DNA from: Candidatus Bathyarchaeota archaeon
GTDB taxonomy: Archaea > Thermoproteota > Bathyarchaeia > Bathyarchaeales > Bathycorpusculaceae
Assembly: GCA_963811105.1 (NCBI GenBank)
Contig: CAWEPZ010000009.1
Coordinates: 361,911-425,910 of the forward strand
Length of the DNA: 64,000 bases
Direction: 5' to 3'
Part shown: positions 41,322-50,711 of the stretch, in pieces
Numbering within the stretch: the first letter of the stretch is position 1
Layout of the letters: each line of letters opens with the position of its first letter
The notes under the pieces: generated by a model
The model's database searches: none
Told to the model about the DNA's origin: nothing
The model's input: only the letters and a program-made list of their open reading frames with translations
Made by a program: the position numbers and the translations under genes

Positions 41322-42395
41322 TTAGATAGATTCTTGAGTTTGGCAGACGTTGACTTCTGGAATTATTAAATCGATGCCGTTCTTCTGAATTTTCGAGTGA
41401 GTATCGTTTAGAATTTCTCTTATGACGTCTGTTTTGTTAAGAGTCTCAATTTGGTTACCGATTTTACTTGCGAGAACATCTATGCAAATTTGTAAAAATT
41501 CCTCTCTTGAATAATTGCCCATCGCTTTAAGACCTTTAGAAATCATTATTTCGGCTCGCGTACCTGGTTTGTGTTGTTCGGGCAGTTTTTCTCTTAGTGT
41601 ACGAACAATTTTGACAATGTTTTTTGCCTCAAGGGGTGATATATTAGAATGCGCTACAACAATCTTTACTTCTGTGTCAAAGTCATAATAGTCCATGTGG
41701 AGATCTATCATTCTGTCTAGTAAAGCATCTTGAGGTCTATGTACACCAGCATATTCGATAGAGTTGCTTGTGAATATTACCTTAAAATCAGGATGAACTT
41801 GTACGTATCTTTCTTCTCCAAACATAGTCGGAAGTTCTAATATGTGTTCTTCGAGTACTGATAGAAGAACGTTGTTAGCCTCGGGTTTTGATCTTGAGAA
41901 CTCGTTATAAATTAATGTGTAACCGTATTTGCAAGCGAGCGTTAACGGATTGTCAATCCAGCTATATTTTGTCTTATTCTTGGTTAATCTGACGTTATGA
42001 ATATATTTGTCCACTAGACTTTCGGCCTCCATTTCTGAGTATCCTCCGATTAAGTCTGACGTTGTTATCTGATCATCACCGTTTATCCACACTGTTGGTC
42101 TGCCCAATTCTTTTGCTACTTGCATCGCCATTGTTGTTTTTCCACAACCTGTTGGCCCAACGATGTGGGGGTGGCATGCAGCTTTAAGCCAGAGTCTAAT
42201 TCTGTTCTTTAGTTTTCTAACCTGTTCGGTTTCAATAAAACTTTCAATCGTAGGGATTAAGAACTCTGTTTCTGCTTTATTTATTGTGATTTCTAAGGGT
42301 GTTATTTTCTCGGAAATTTTGATTTTCCTTTCTTTTGATGTTTCATGAACTCTTTTTCCGCGAACAACTCTTGGATGAGTTGGATAATATTTCAT
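41322..42395 (-). CDS. gvpN: Gas vesicle AAA+ ATPase GvpN
   Basis: GPTGCGKT, YIHNV, WIDNPLTLAC, YNEFSRSKPEANNVLLSVLEE, EYAGVH..QDALLDR. Confidence 0.95.
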   Translation of the reverse strand: MKYYPTHPRVVRGKRVHETSKERKIKISEKITPLEITINKAETEFLIPTIESFIETEQVRKLKNRIRLWLKAACHPHIVGPTGCGKTTMAMQVAKELGRPTVWINGDDQITTSDLIGGYSEMEAESLVDKYIHNVRLTKNKTKYSWIDNPLTLACKYGYTLIYNEFSRSKPEANNVLLSVLEEHILELPTMFGEERYVQVHPDFKVIFTSNSIEYAGVHRPQDALLDRMIDLHMDYYDFDTEVKIVVAHSNISPLEAKNIVKIVRTLREKLPEQHKPGTRAEIMISKGLKAMGNYSREEFLQICIDVLASKIGNQIETLNKTDVIREILNDTHSKIQKNGIDLIIPEVNVCQTQESI

Positions 42396-42613
42396 GTTTT
42401 TAAGTCCTCGGTATTTTTCTTATATACACGAATGTTGCGACAATCCTTTTAAGGTGTATTCAGATACGTGTTACGAAAACTGTGTCAAAAATCGAAAGTC
42501 GACTCAAAAACTATTTTAATTCGATTTCAGAATAATTTTGTAAACAATTTCAATCAAAAATTTTCCTTGAATAATAATAAATTGGAATTGGGAAAAGAGG
42601 GTTCCTCAAACTC

Positions 42614-42766
42614 TCAAGTTTTTTCCTTTTTGAGGGCGTTTACCCATAACATACGTACTCTCTGTGGACGCGGAACTACCGAACAATATTGTACCATTTC
42701 TCTATGTTTTCTTAACCACTTTATTTTCTTATCCCTTTCTTGTGCGTTAACAGCGCTTTTTGGCAT
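42614..42766 (-). CDS. Small basic hypothetical protein between gvpC and gvpN
   Basis: 50 aa Lys/Arg-rich ORF (MPKSAVNAQERDKK...); GGGGGTGA SD-like sequence upstream. Confidence 0.45.
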   Translation of the reverse strand: MPKSAVNAQERDKKIKWLRKHREMVQYCSVVPRPQRVRMLWVNALKKEKT

Positions 42767-42880
42767 TTTTGACACCAATTCACCCCCTAGTTGGATCACT
42801 TTCCCGATTGATTATTCTCAATTAATACTGAAAAAAAGAAATATGGACAAGAAACAGTTTATTCTACAGATGAGGCGCAC

Positions 42881-43252
42881 TCATCCGTAGAATTGTTTCG
42901 TGTATTCTTGGTGTTGTTTTACTTGATCAGCTATACTGACTTGCATGGCAGCAATACCTGAAACCATTTCAGCGACACCAGATTGCAGATTTCGTGTACC
43001 ATCAGCGTGCATTTTTTTGGCGGCTTCTTGGAAGTTTATAGCGGTTTGATGGATACTTTTCTGCATCTCACAAACTCCTGTTAACAGATTGTTGATTCCT
43101 TCGATACGCATTTCATTGGCAGCTTCTTGGAAGTTTATAGCGGTTTGATGATAAAGTTTTCTTTTGCCATTAACGGTATTTGTATTTGTTGCTGGTGTTT
43201 TGGTTGGTTCAGTTACTGGGCCTGTTTGATTTTTCGTTTTATGTTTAGACAT
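42881..43252 (-). CDS. gvpC: GvpC-like protein with two 33-residue repeats
   Basis: Directly downstream of gvpA; HQTAINFQEAA repeated at 33-aa spacing; C-terminal FYG as in haloarchaeal GvpC repeats. Confidence 0.7.
   Translation of the reverse strand: MSKHKTKNQTGPVTEPTKTPATNTNTVNGKRKLYHQTAINFQEAANEMRIEGINNLLTGVCEMQKSIHQTAINFQEAAKKMHADGTRNLQSGVAEMVSGIAAMQVSIADQVKQHQEYTKQFYG
43023..43150. repeat. Exact 29-bp direct repeat at 99-bp spacing inside the gvpC-like gene
   Basis: gcttcttggaagtttatagcggtttgatg at 43023-43051 and 43122-43150. Confidence 0.95.
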
Positions 43253-43303
43253 TTATTTTTCAACTCAAACTTGTTTATTCTTTAAACTATTTTTTTCCTA
43301 GAT

Positions 43304-43531
43304 TTAGGCTGCTGGAACAGGAGCAGCGATTGCTGCTTGCTCGACCTTTGTGATTTCTTCTGCGTAATGGAGGAATGTATCGACTGAGGCGACTACCACT
43401 CTGGCTTCGATTGTGAGAATTTCGATTCCAACCAATGAAGCCCTTGCCCAAGCATCGACGACTATGCCTTTGTCGAGTACGCGATCGAGTACTTCTGCCA
43501 AACTACCTGAATCTGGACTTTGTTGCACCAT
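43304..43531 (-). CDS. gvpA: Major gas vesicle structural protein GvpA
   Basis: [51 protein letters not shown]; ATG at 43531 with GAGGTGA SD (75 aa). Confidence 0.98.
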   Translation of the reverse strand: MVQQSPDSGSLAEVLDRVLDKGIVVDAWARASLVGIEILTIEARVVVASVDTFLHYAEEITKVEQAAIAAPVPAA

Positions 43532-43590
43532 TTTTAATTCACCTCTCAAGACATGGATTTGTTTTCTGTATCTTGAGTATGATATATTGC

Positions 43591-43597
43591 TATTTAA
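43591..43597 (-). promoter_or_regulatory. Candidate TATA box of the gvpA operon
   Basis: TTAAATA on the minus strand about 60 bp upstream of the gvpA start. Confidence 0.45.
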
Positions 43598-43812
43598 GCA
43601 GTATTCAGCAATAAAGAACAAGGATCGTATCGAGAATCGATACTTGAAATATTACAATTTGCACAACAATCCCATAACTAAAGTAAGACCTAAATTATCT
43701 CACACACAATTAAAACTTAAAAAGTGACCAGAATTAAGTGCTTTAATAAAGAACATTTGGAAAATAGATTTAACCATCTAAAATTTGATACAATAATAGA
43801 AAGTGAATAATT

Positions 43813-44379
43813 GTGTGGCTAATATGTCGGGTAGCATTCAATAGGGGCAAAACCAAATTGCTAGTCCGGGGTACCCAAGATGCAGAATGGGTTTTTTGCC
43901 CAAGGACAAAAAGCATAAAAAACGACAAAGTAACCATCCAATGTTGCGACGAATGTGCCCATTTTGTTCGTCTTGAACACTTCTCTCTCCCGCAAACACA
44001 GGCTTGGAAACGCAGCATCATGCCAAAACATCCCAACTACCTACATTTTAGAAAACCGCCGATCAATCGCTGGAGTTCTAAACGACAAACAATATTGGCA
44101 CCATCCCATTCAATGTTAAGCTTTAGAGTCGAAAAGCAACCACTATTAGACGTCTTTGAAGAGGATGACTGTGTAGTAGTTTTAGCAGAATTGCCGGGTA
44201 TGGAAGAAAAAGATGTAAATATCGAAGCCGACGAAACTACTGTGACAATTACTGCGAAAAACTCAGTTAGGACCTATCTAAAGAAGATAAAACTTCCAAC
44301 GCCAATTCTAAGTAGTGAGGTGGAGATCATTTATAGGAACAACATTTTGCAGGCAAAGTTAAAAAAACTTAAAGATTAA
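43813..44379 (+). CDS. Hsp20-domain protein with Cys-rich N-terminus
   Basis: C-terminal PLLDVFEE..VVVLAELPG...YRNNILQAKL; N-terminal FCPR...CCDECAHF. Confidence 0.8.
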   Translation: MWLICRVAFNRGKTKLLVRGTQDAEWVFCPRTKSIKNDKVTIQCCDECAHFVRLEHFSLPQTQAWKRSIMPKHPNYLHFRKPPINRWSSKRQTILAPSHSMLSFRVEKQPLLDVFEEDDCVVVLAELPGMEEKDVNIEADETTVTITAKNSVRTYLKKIKLPTPILSSEVEIIYRNNILQAKLKKLKD

Positions 44380-44427
44380 CCCCAAAAGTTGCTTTTTAGG
44401 CTCTCCCAAAAATGTAAACGTCGTGAG

Positions 44428-45039
44428 CTATTCCTTACGTGTCGGTTGTAGTTCTCTTGAAAGTTGATTTACGACTTCAATGAGTTTATGTAAACCTGAT
44501 TCTATATCTCCTTTTGATACATGTAATATGATTTGTGATGTTTCTTTCCTTAGCATCGCCATTTGATGGCATATTTCGCAGCTCTTTTTTCCTTTTTCGA
44601 AGTCTGTGCATGCCAAAAGTAAATCAACTGCTTCAATTAGTTCTCGTGCTTTGTTTGCTTTGGTCACTATGTCTAAGGCTTGATTTATTTGTTCATTGAG
44701 CTGCTTAATTGTTTGTTCTATTTTGACATACGTAGGGCAAATCGTTATCTGGGGTTGTTTGTTGACCTTAAAACCTCTTGGATCTATAGCTACTTCTATA
44801 CCCACAGTATGGCAGATTCTGTAGTATTTTCTTGCCGCACCAATAGGGCTTTTTTTCTTGAAACTTTCTATAAGACCAGCTTCTTCGAGTATGCTGAGGT
44901 TTTTAAGGATGGCTGGCTGCGTGATCTCCAATCTTTTGGCTATTTCAGATATGTAGCGTGGCTCTTGAGAGAGTAAGGTAAGTATTTTTCGGCGAGTTTC
45001 GTTTCCGACAATTTGGAGAATTTTGCCTGCAGGTTCCAT
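44428..45039 (-). CDS. Phr/HSR1-like archaeal heat-shock regulator (ArsR-type wHTH)
   Basis: GNETRRKILTLL...YISEIA...ILEEAGLIES...RKYYRI plus coiled coil, matching the Phr/HSR1 pattern; sits between hsp20 and cdc48. Confidence 0.82.
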   Translation of the reverse strand: MEPAGKILQIVGNETRRKILTLLSQEPRYISEIAKRLEITQPAILKNLSILEEAGLIESFKKKSPIGAARKYYRICHTVGIEVAIDPRGFKVNKQPQITICPTYVKIEQTIKQLNEQINQALDIVTKANKARELIEAVDLLLACTDFEKGKKSCEICHQMAMLRKETSQIILHVSKGDIESGLHKLIEVVNQLSRELQPTRKE

Positions 45040-45090
45040 GAATGACCTTCTTCCTTCTTCACTGGGAATGTAACAAAACGTATATATACA

Positions 45091-45112
45091 TTTAGTTAAT
45101 AACTAAAAGTTA
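45091..45112. promoter_or_regulatory. Putative heat-shock regulator operator
   Basis: TAAC-N5-GTTA at 45100-45112 overlapping a perfect IR TTTAGTTA-a-TAACTAAA (45091-45107); TATATATA at 45081-45088. Confidence 0.65.
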
Positions 45113-45143
45113 AGCATACTAAAATGAGCAAAGGTAAGCATTC

Positions 45144-47333
45144 GTGTCAGAATCTGCTCCAACCTCAAATTCGATAACACTGCGCGTTTCTGAAGCCTCA
45201 CTAAGAGACTTCGGTCGAGGAATAGCAAGAATAGATCCCCAAGCAATGAAGGAAATTCAAGCTCAAACAGGCGACATCATCCAAATCACCGGAAAAAAAA
45301 GAACCGCCGTAAAAGTTATGCCCTCTTACCCAGAAAACCGGGGAAAAAACGTTGCTCAAATCGATGGAATAATACGTAATAATGCTTTAATTGGAATCGG
45401 CGACACGGTCTGTGTAGAAAAAATTAAGGCTGAAACTGCAGAAAAAATAACGCTTGCACCACTCGAGCACGACCAGTCATGGCGAGGAGGAGACAAACCC
45501 TTAGAACATGTACGTAATCTTCTAGATGGCTTAGCGGTGGTTGAAGGAGATCAGGTCCGACTAAGCCTTTTAGGGTCAAACGCCTCCTTTGTTGTAGCCA
45601 GAATCAAACCAAACTGTCCAGTAGCTATACTTCACTCTACAACGGAGATAGTTATACTTGAAAAACCAGCACAAAACGGAAGAAAAATTGGCGCCACATA
45701 TGATGATATCGGGGGGTTATCTGAGCAGATTCAGCGGACGAGAGAAATGATTGAACTTCCTCTTCGGCATCCAGAAGTGTTTGATCGCCTTGGAATAGAA
45801 CCGCCAAAAGGGGTCTTACTACATGGCCCTCCAGGCACAGGAAAAACTCTTATTGCAAAAGCTGTAGCAAACGAAACTTTCGCTACTTTCATCAGCATCA
45901 GCGGTGGAGAAATACATGGAAAGTACTACGGTGAATCTGAAGCCCGCTTAAGAGAGATATTTACCGAGGCATCTCAGAACAAACCTTGTATCATATTTAT
46001 TGATGAGATCGACGCAATAGCCCCAAAAAGAGAAGAAGTCACAGGTGAAGTCGAAAAAAGAGTAGTGTCCCAATTGTTATCGTTGATGGACGGGCTAGAA
46101 CCACGCGGACAAGTAGTGGTTATTGGGGCAACAAATAGACCCAACGCAATTGACCCTGCTCTGCGGAGAGGCGGACGGTTTGACCGAGAAATAGAGATAG
46201 GTATGCCAACAAGAGAAGGGCGGTTTGATATTTTCCAGATTCATACTCGAGGCATGCCGCTTACTTCTGACGTAGATTTAACGAATCTGTCTTCATTAAC
46301 ACACGGCTTTACAGGTGCAGACATTACAGAGCTCTGTAAAGAAGCAGCCATGAAGTCTCTAAGACGAGTTTTGCCGGAAATAAACTTTGAAGCTGAATTT
46401 ATTGCCACAGACATCCTTAACAAACTGGTAGTAACGATGGATGATTTTCAGGACGCATTGCGGTTTGTTGAACCCTCAGCTTTACGAGAGGTTTTAATTG
46501 AAACACCTAATGTCACATGGGAGAACATAGGTGGACTCCATGAACTAAAACAAGAACTTATCGAAGCTATTGAATGGCCTCTAAAATACGCTGACATTTT
46601 TAAAGAAGCTGGAGCAAAACCGCCCAAGGGAATAGTTCTTTGTGGACCTCCAGGCACAGGGAAGACTCTTTTAGCGAAAGCGGTTGCCAAAGTAAGTCAA
46701 GCAAACTTTATCCACGTCAAAGGTCCAGCGCTTATGAATAAATTTGTTGGTGAATCAGAGAAGGGTGTAAGAGAAATATTTCGGAAAGCTAAACAAACAG
46801 CGCCATGTATCATTTTCTTCGATGAAATAGATGCCTTGGTTCCTAAGCGAGGAAGCGGATTAACTGATGCTCACACCTCGGAAAGGGTCATAAGTCAATT
46901 TCTTACAGAATTGGATGGGCTAGAGGAACTTCGCGGCGTTATGGTTCTAGCAGCGACAAATCGTATTGACATAATTGATCCTGCTTTACTGAGACCTGGA
47001 CGGTTCGACCTTATTCTACAAGTTCCGCCCCCAGATGCTGATGCAAGGCTCGAAATTTTCAAGATACATAGCGCAAAGAATCCTCTAGCAAATGATATCT
47101 CCTTTGAGAAATTGGCTGAAGAAACAAAAAGCTGTACCGGAGCTGACATAGACGCAATCTGCCGAGAAGCTACTATGTTTGCTATCAGACGTTTTCTTAA
47201 CAAAAATACGACAGATTTAACCAACTTAAAACCGACTAAACTTGAAGTAACAATGGAAGATATGATAATAGCAATCAAACAGATGAACAATCGTAAAAAA
47301 TTGATTGAACGCTCAGGAGCAGAAGCTGACTGA
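45144..47333 (+). CDS. cdc48: CDC48/VAT/p97-family AAA+ ATPase
   Basis: N-domain ([10 protein letters not shown]), two AAA modules each with GPPGTGKT, Walker B DEID and arginine finger ([13 protein letters not shown]). Confidence 0.97.
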   Translation: MSESAPTSNSITLRVSEASLRDFGRGIARIDPQAMKEIQAQTGDIIQITGKKRTAVKVMPSYPENRGKNVAQIDGIIRNNALIGIGDTVCVEKIKAETAEKITLAPLEHDQSWRGGDKPLEHVRNLLDGLAVVEGDQVRLSLLGSNASFVVARIKPNCPVAILHSTTEIVILEKPAQNGRKIGATYDDIGGLSEQIQRTREMIELPLRHPEVFDRLGIEPPKGVLLHGPPGTGKTLIAKAVANETFATFISISGGEIHGKYYGESEARLREIFTEASQNKPCIIFIDEIDAIAPKREEVTGEVEKRVVSQLLSLMDGLEPRGQVVVIGATNRPNAIDPALRRGGRFDREIEIGMPTREGRFDIFQIHTRGMPLTSDVDLTNLSSLTHGFTGADITELCKEAAMKSLRRVLPEINFEAEFIATDILNKLVVTMDDFQDALRFVEPSALREVLIETPNVTWENIGGLHELKQELIEAIEWPLKYADIFKEAGAKPPKGIVLCGPPGTGKTLLAKAVAKVSQANFIHVKGPALMNKFVGESEKGVREIFRKAKQTAPCIIFFDEIDALVPKRGSGLTDAHTSERVISQFLTELDGLEELRGVMVLAATNRIDIIDPALLRPGRFDLILQVPPPDADARLEIFKIHSAKNPLANDISFEKLAEETKSCTGADIDAICREATMFAIRRFLNKNTTDLTNLKPTKLEVTMEDMIIAIKQMNNRKKLIERSGAEAD

Positions 47334-48307
47334 TGAAAAAATCGTTTTTATTAGAAACTGAAGATGCAAGCAGCCAAAATAACCTCTCTAAATCAATGCA
47401 AGAGCGGATTAATCAAGTCCTCGGAGATGTCCATTTGAGAATGGTTGAGTTGTTCAATGTTGATTTCACTTTTTTTAAAAGCTTTAAATTGTTGAGGCGT
47501 CAAGAATTTCAAAATCAATTGGCCCAACGGATACAAGACGATCTAAAAGAAAGTGGTATAGAAAGCAGCGGTACTCAATTGGGACAAATTACTCAAGTTC
47601 TTGCGCGAGATCAAGCGGCTGGCGTATCTGAACATTTTGCTTTTTATAATCTCAAAAATGATAACCTGTATTTAAACGAAGACATGGCCATAAATTACCC
47701 GGAAAAAGTGGTTTCGGTGTGTGCCCACGAACTTGCCGAAAAACTTCTTTCAACTTGCATATCCTTGCCGCCAAATTCGTCAATGCGATCTGCTGTGAAG
47801 CTATATCTCGAAGTAAAGAACATTAGTGATCCCGAAAGGCTTCAGCAGATTTTAGATATATATTTTGAGACTATTTTCAAGGCTGTCTTTAAAGAGGGTG
47901 CTTGTGAGGCAATAGCAGTTCACGTTATGCGTAACATGAATTATGCGACTGAAGCAGCTATTTTAGAAGAAGAATTGAAGGAAGGTTATACAAAATGTTC
48001 AGGGCTCTTATCACGTATTGAAAATATAAGAAAAACCGTGATGACATCGAAGGTTATCCAACTGGACAGTAAAGTGTTGGATGAACAAGTAATAGTTGAG
48101 GAAGTTCTGAAGAACTCGCAGATAATTAAAGGTGTTTCGTACTATTTGGGCTATCCGCTTGCAAGAGTAGTTCTAGAAAAATATGGACTTTATGGTATGC
48201 GTTTTATCGTAGAGAACGCTTTGCCGCTCAAAGCGGAATATTTCTCAAATCCAGAATCCTACCTTGTCACATTAGATAAGATACTTTCTAAACAAATGGA
48301 GAAATAA
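47333..48307 (+). CDS. Hypothetical zincin-like protein (HExxE variant)
   Basis: AHELAE, downstream EGACE and YYLGY; translationally coupled to cdc48. Confidence 0.6.
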   Translation: MKKSFLLETEDASSQNNLSKSMQERINQVLGDVHLRMVELFNVDFTFFKSFKLLRRQEFQNQLAQRIQDDLKESGIESSGTQLGQITQVLARDQAAGVSEHFAFYNLKNDNLYLNEDMAINYPEKVVSVCAHELAEKLLSTCISLPPNSSMRSAVKLYLEVKNISDPERLQQILDIYFETIFKAVFKEGACEAIAVHVMRNMNYATEAAILEEELKEGYTKCSGLLSRIENIRKTVMTSKVIQLDSKVLDEQVIVEEVLKNSQIIKGVSYYLGYPLARVVLEKYGLYGMRFIVENALPLKAEYFSNPESYLVTLDKILSKQMEK

Positions 48308-48312
48308 AACAG

Positions 48313-49062
48313 ATGGTTAAAAAAGAAAAAAACGGAAATACTTCAGGAGAAAAAACCATTGGAGCGTTAAAAAAGGAAGTCGCAAAGAAAGGAAAAGAAA
48401 TTGAGGAGCTACAAAAATCCGTAGCCGAGATGCGAACTCAAATTCAGAAAAAAGATAAAATTGTGGACCCTCCTGAACCAGATAAAATGGTCGACGGGCT
48501 CATGAACGTCGGTTTTGGGTTACTTGGCTCGTCAAATGCTGCAAATGGTCAAAAGGCCAAAGGTTTGCTGGGTTTAGTCGACGAGTTAGGTAAGTTGGCG
48601 GAGAAAACCCAGATGACTCAGACAACGCAGAAGAGAATTAATTTTGGAAAAGGAGGCGTAGTTGACTTTCGAGTAAGTTCCCGACCAATAAAAGGTGGTT
48701 CCTCACTTCAACCTGCGAGTCGATCGAAAATCGGAACACTTATCAAACAATCCTCAAGCACATATGCCCCCATGCCACTTGCAGCAGGAACCATAAAAGA
48801 AAGAGAACTTATCGTTGACATCTTTGAAGAAGAAGATTGCCTCCATGTAATGGTGGAACTGCCTAATGTCAAAGAAAACGAAATATCCCTAGACGTAGAA
48901 GGCAATACTCTAACAATAAAAGCTGGCACTCAGAATAAAGAATACTTCAAGAAAGTTGAGCTCCCTGCTACTGTCGAAAAAAAAATAGTTGAATCAAGTT
49001 GCCGCAATGGAATCCTTGAAGTTAGGCTAAAAAAGAAAACCATTGCCAATCAGACCAAGTAG
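48313..49062 (+). CDS. Coiled-coil + Hsp20/alpha-crystallin-domain protein (GvpH-like)
   Basis: N-terminal coiled coil; VDIFEEE..VMVELPNV...YFKKVELP...RNGILEVRLKK. Confidence 0.85.
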   Translation: MVKKEKNGNTSGEKTIGALKKEVAKKGKEIEELQKSVAEMRTQIQKKDKIVDPPEPDKMVDGLMNVGFGLLGSSNAANGQKAKGLLGLVDELGKLAEKTQMTQTTQKRINFGKGGVVDFRVSSRPIKGGSSLQPASRSKIGTLIKQSSSTYAPMPLAAGTIKERELIVDIFEEEDCLHVMVELPNVKENEISLDVEGNTLTIKAGTQNKEYFKKVELPATVEKKIVESSCRNGILEVRLKKKTIANQTK

Positions 49063-49198
49063 TCATCTAAGATAACTTGGTGGGACTGCCCGTCCCTGAA
49101 CATAAGTGGGAAACGAGGATTCTGAAAGTGCGGCCTAAATTTTCATAACATAACAAAATTAAATATATTTATGGTTTAGATAGGTTGTCAATTGGTGC

Positions 49199-49798
49199 TT
49201 GATTATGGGTCTGGATTGGAAAACATGGACAAAGAACGACGTGATCTTTGGAATAATTCTTCCTATAGTAGCTGTTTTTGTCATCGTATTAATCTCAAAA
49301 CTTCCCTCGCTGTTTGGTGGAGGTTTTGGAATTGTTACTGGATTAACTATGGAAATATTAGAACTTGTCATCATAGTTGGTGTTCCCTTAGCACTTGGTT
49401 TACTATGGAATCAATGGGCAGGCGGATCTTCAGGCTTCTTAATGGGTACCTTCTATTCCCTGTATTGGGCATCCAGTTTTCACGGGATAGCAGGTTCTGG
49501 TACAGTTTTGTTGGCGTACATACTTAGCCCAATGTTAATCGGCTACATGGCTGGAGCTTTAAATAAGCGGTCAGACAACTTCAGAAGATTATTGATTTCT
49601 GGCATTGTCGCTTCTACAGTTGGCGGCTTAGTACTGTTTAGTATATTCCAAATGTCTCCTGCGAACGTAGTCACAGGAATAACTGGATTTGCACTCACTG
49701 TCTTGACACGTATTTTAGCGGCTGTACTGACCGCTGTTGTGGTCAAAGTTTTCTTCTGGTATGGCATGGGAGCTCAAAAACACCCAAATATTTCCTAA
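49199..49798 (+). CDS. Hypothetical membrane protein (about 6 TM)
   Basis: Hydrophobic 199 aa ORF. Confidence 0.75.
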   Translation: MIMGLDWKTWTKNDVIFGIILPIVAVFVIVLISKLPSLFGGGFGIVTGLTMEILELVIIVGVPLALGLLWNQWAGGSSGFLMGTFYSLYWASSFHGIAGSGTVLLAYILSPMLIGYMAGALNKRSDNFRRLLISGIVASTVGGLVLFSIFQMSPANVVTGITGFALTVLTRILAAVLTAVVVKVFFWYGMGAQKHPNIS

Positions 49799-49825
49799 CC
49801 CTTTCTTATTTTTGAAGGAAACTCT

Positions 49826-49987
49826 TTGGGCAAAATCTCTTGTGACAAGAGAAATTGCCTAAACTGGAAGGAAGGGTACTGTTTCTTTTCCAATCCAGAA
49901 AAGGCTGGTGATGCTTCTCTTGATTTTGAGGATGCATTGGATTTTCTTAGGATAAAGGTCGATGCGGTAAAAGGAACACTTGGCTAA
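49826..49987 (+). CDS. Unannotated 53-aa Cys-rich small protein
   Basis: TTG start after GAAGGA; MGKISCDKRNCLNWKEGYCFFSNPEKAGDASLDFEDALDFLRIKVDAVKGTLG. Confidence 0.5.
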   Translation: MGKISCDKRNCLNWKEGYCFFSNPEKAGDASLDFEDALDFLRIKVDAVKGTLG

Positions 49988-49993
49988 ATTTTG

Positions 49994-50332
49994 TTAGGTT
50001 GTCCAAAAAGAAAATACTTCCAAGTTGTCCTTTTCAAATTGCTTTTTTAAGATAGCTTTGACTTCATCCTCGTCTAGGTTCCACAGGTTGTTTTTGCCTT
50101 TGCGCAAAGGGATTCCTGTTTCTCTCAGGAATTGACCTTTAGGAAAGTCAAGGAAGATATAGTAACGCGCCTCGTGCATCAGTATTATTCTTAAAGTTGT
50201 AAGTTCTTTGTTCGGTGAAAGAGCATTTTGTTCAAGTATAAAAACAATCGATTTTGGCTTTTTTTCGCGAACTAAACGCTTGAATTCTTCCCAATCTCTA
50301 ATTCTAACATGACCCTCACTCATTTTCTTCAA
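49994..50332 (-). CDS. Hypothetical protein
   Basis: ORF overlapping the arsC stop; probable ATG start at MSEG. Confidence 0.75.
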   Translation of the reverse strand: MKKMSEGHVRIRDWEEFKRLVREKKPKSIVFILEQNALSPNKELTTLRIILMHEARYYIFLDFPKGQFLRETGIPLRKGKNNLWNLDEDEVKAILKKQFEKDNLEVFSFWTT

Positions 50333-50711
50333 TTAACCTTTGGACTTTGTAATCTATTTCATCTCTGATTTCTCGAACTTTTTCTATTGGCTTTCCTTTT
50401 GGATCCTCAAGTTTCCACTCGATTGTTGGTTTAAAGAAGGGTCCAGGACATATTCCTTGATCGTTGCAGCCCATTGTGACTATTAGGTCTGAATCCTGAG
50501 CCATCTGGAAAGTAAGCAATTTCGGCTTATTTGCAGATATATCAATGCCTTTTTCTTTCATGACTTTTACACCATCAGGGTTAACTGTTTCCGCAGGCTT
50601 GTTGCCAGCGCTAAGTATGACAAACTTATCTTTTCCGTACTTGTTGGCAAAAGCCTCGGCCATTTGACTTCTTCCAGCGTTCTCGACACAGACAAATAGA
50701 ATCTTCTTCAA
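50316..50711 (-). CDS. arsC: Arsenate reductase, LMW-PTP type
   Basis: LFVCVENAGRSQMAEA, TMGC...CP, LEDP motifs. Confidence 0.92.
   Translation of the reverse strand: MKKILFVCVENAGRSQMAEAFANKYGKDKFVILSAGNKPAETVNPDGVKVMKEKGIDISANKPKLLTFQMAQDSDLIVTMGCNDQGICPGPFFKPTIEWKLEDPKGKPIEKVREIRDEIDYKVQRLIEENE

Noticed and set aside
42881-42892. C-terminal FYG of the GvpC-like protein as an HbYX proteasome activator
   Set aside because: Better explained by the FYG motif of GvpC repeats.
43023-43150. 29-bp direct repeat as a mini-CRISPR
   Set aside because: Only two copies, in frame within a coding 33-aa repeat, and no cas genes in the window.
43532-43621. 30-aa N-terminal extension of GvpA in the ORF track
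   Set aside because: A strong SD directly precedes the ATG at 43531, and the extension overlaps the promoter region.
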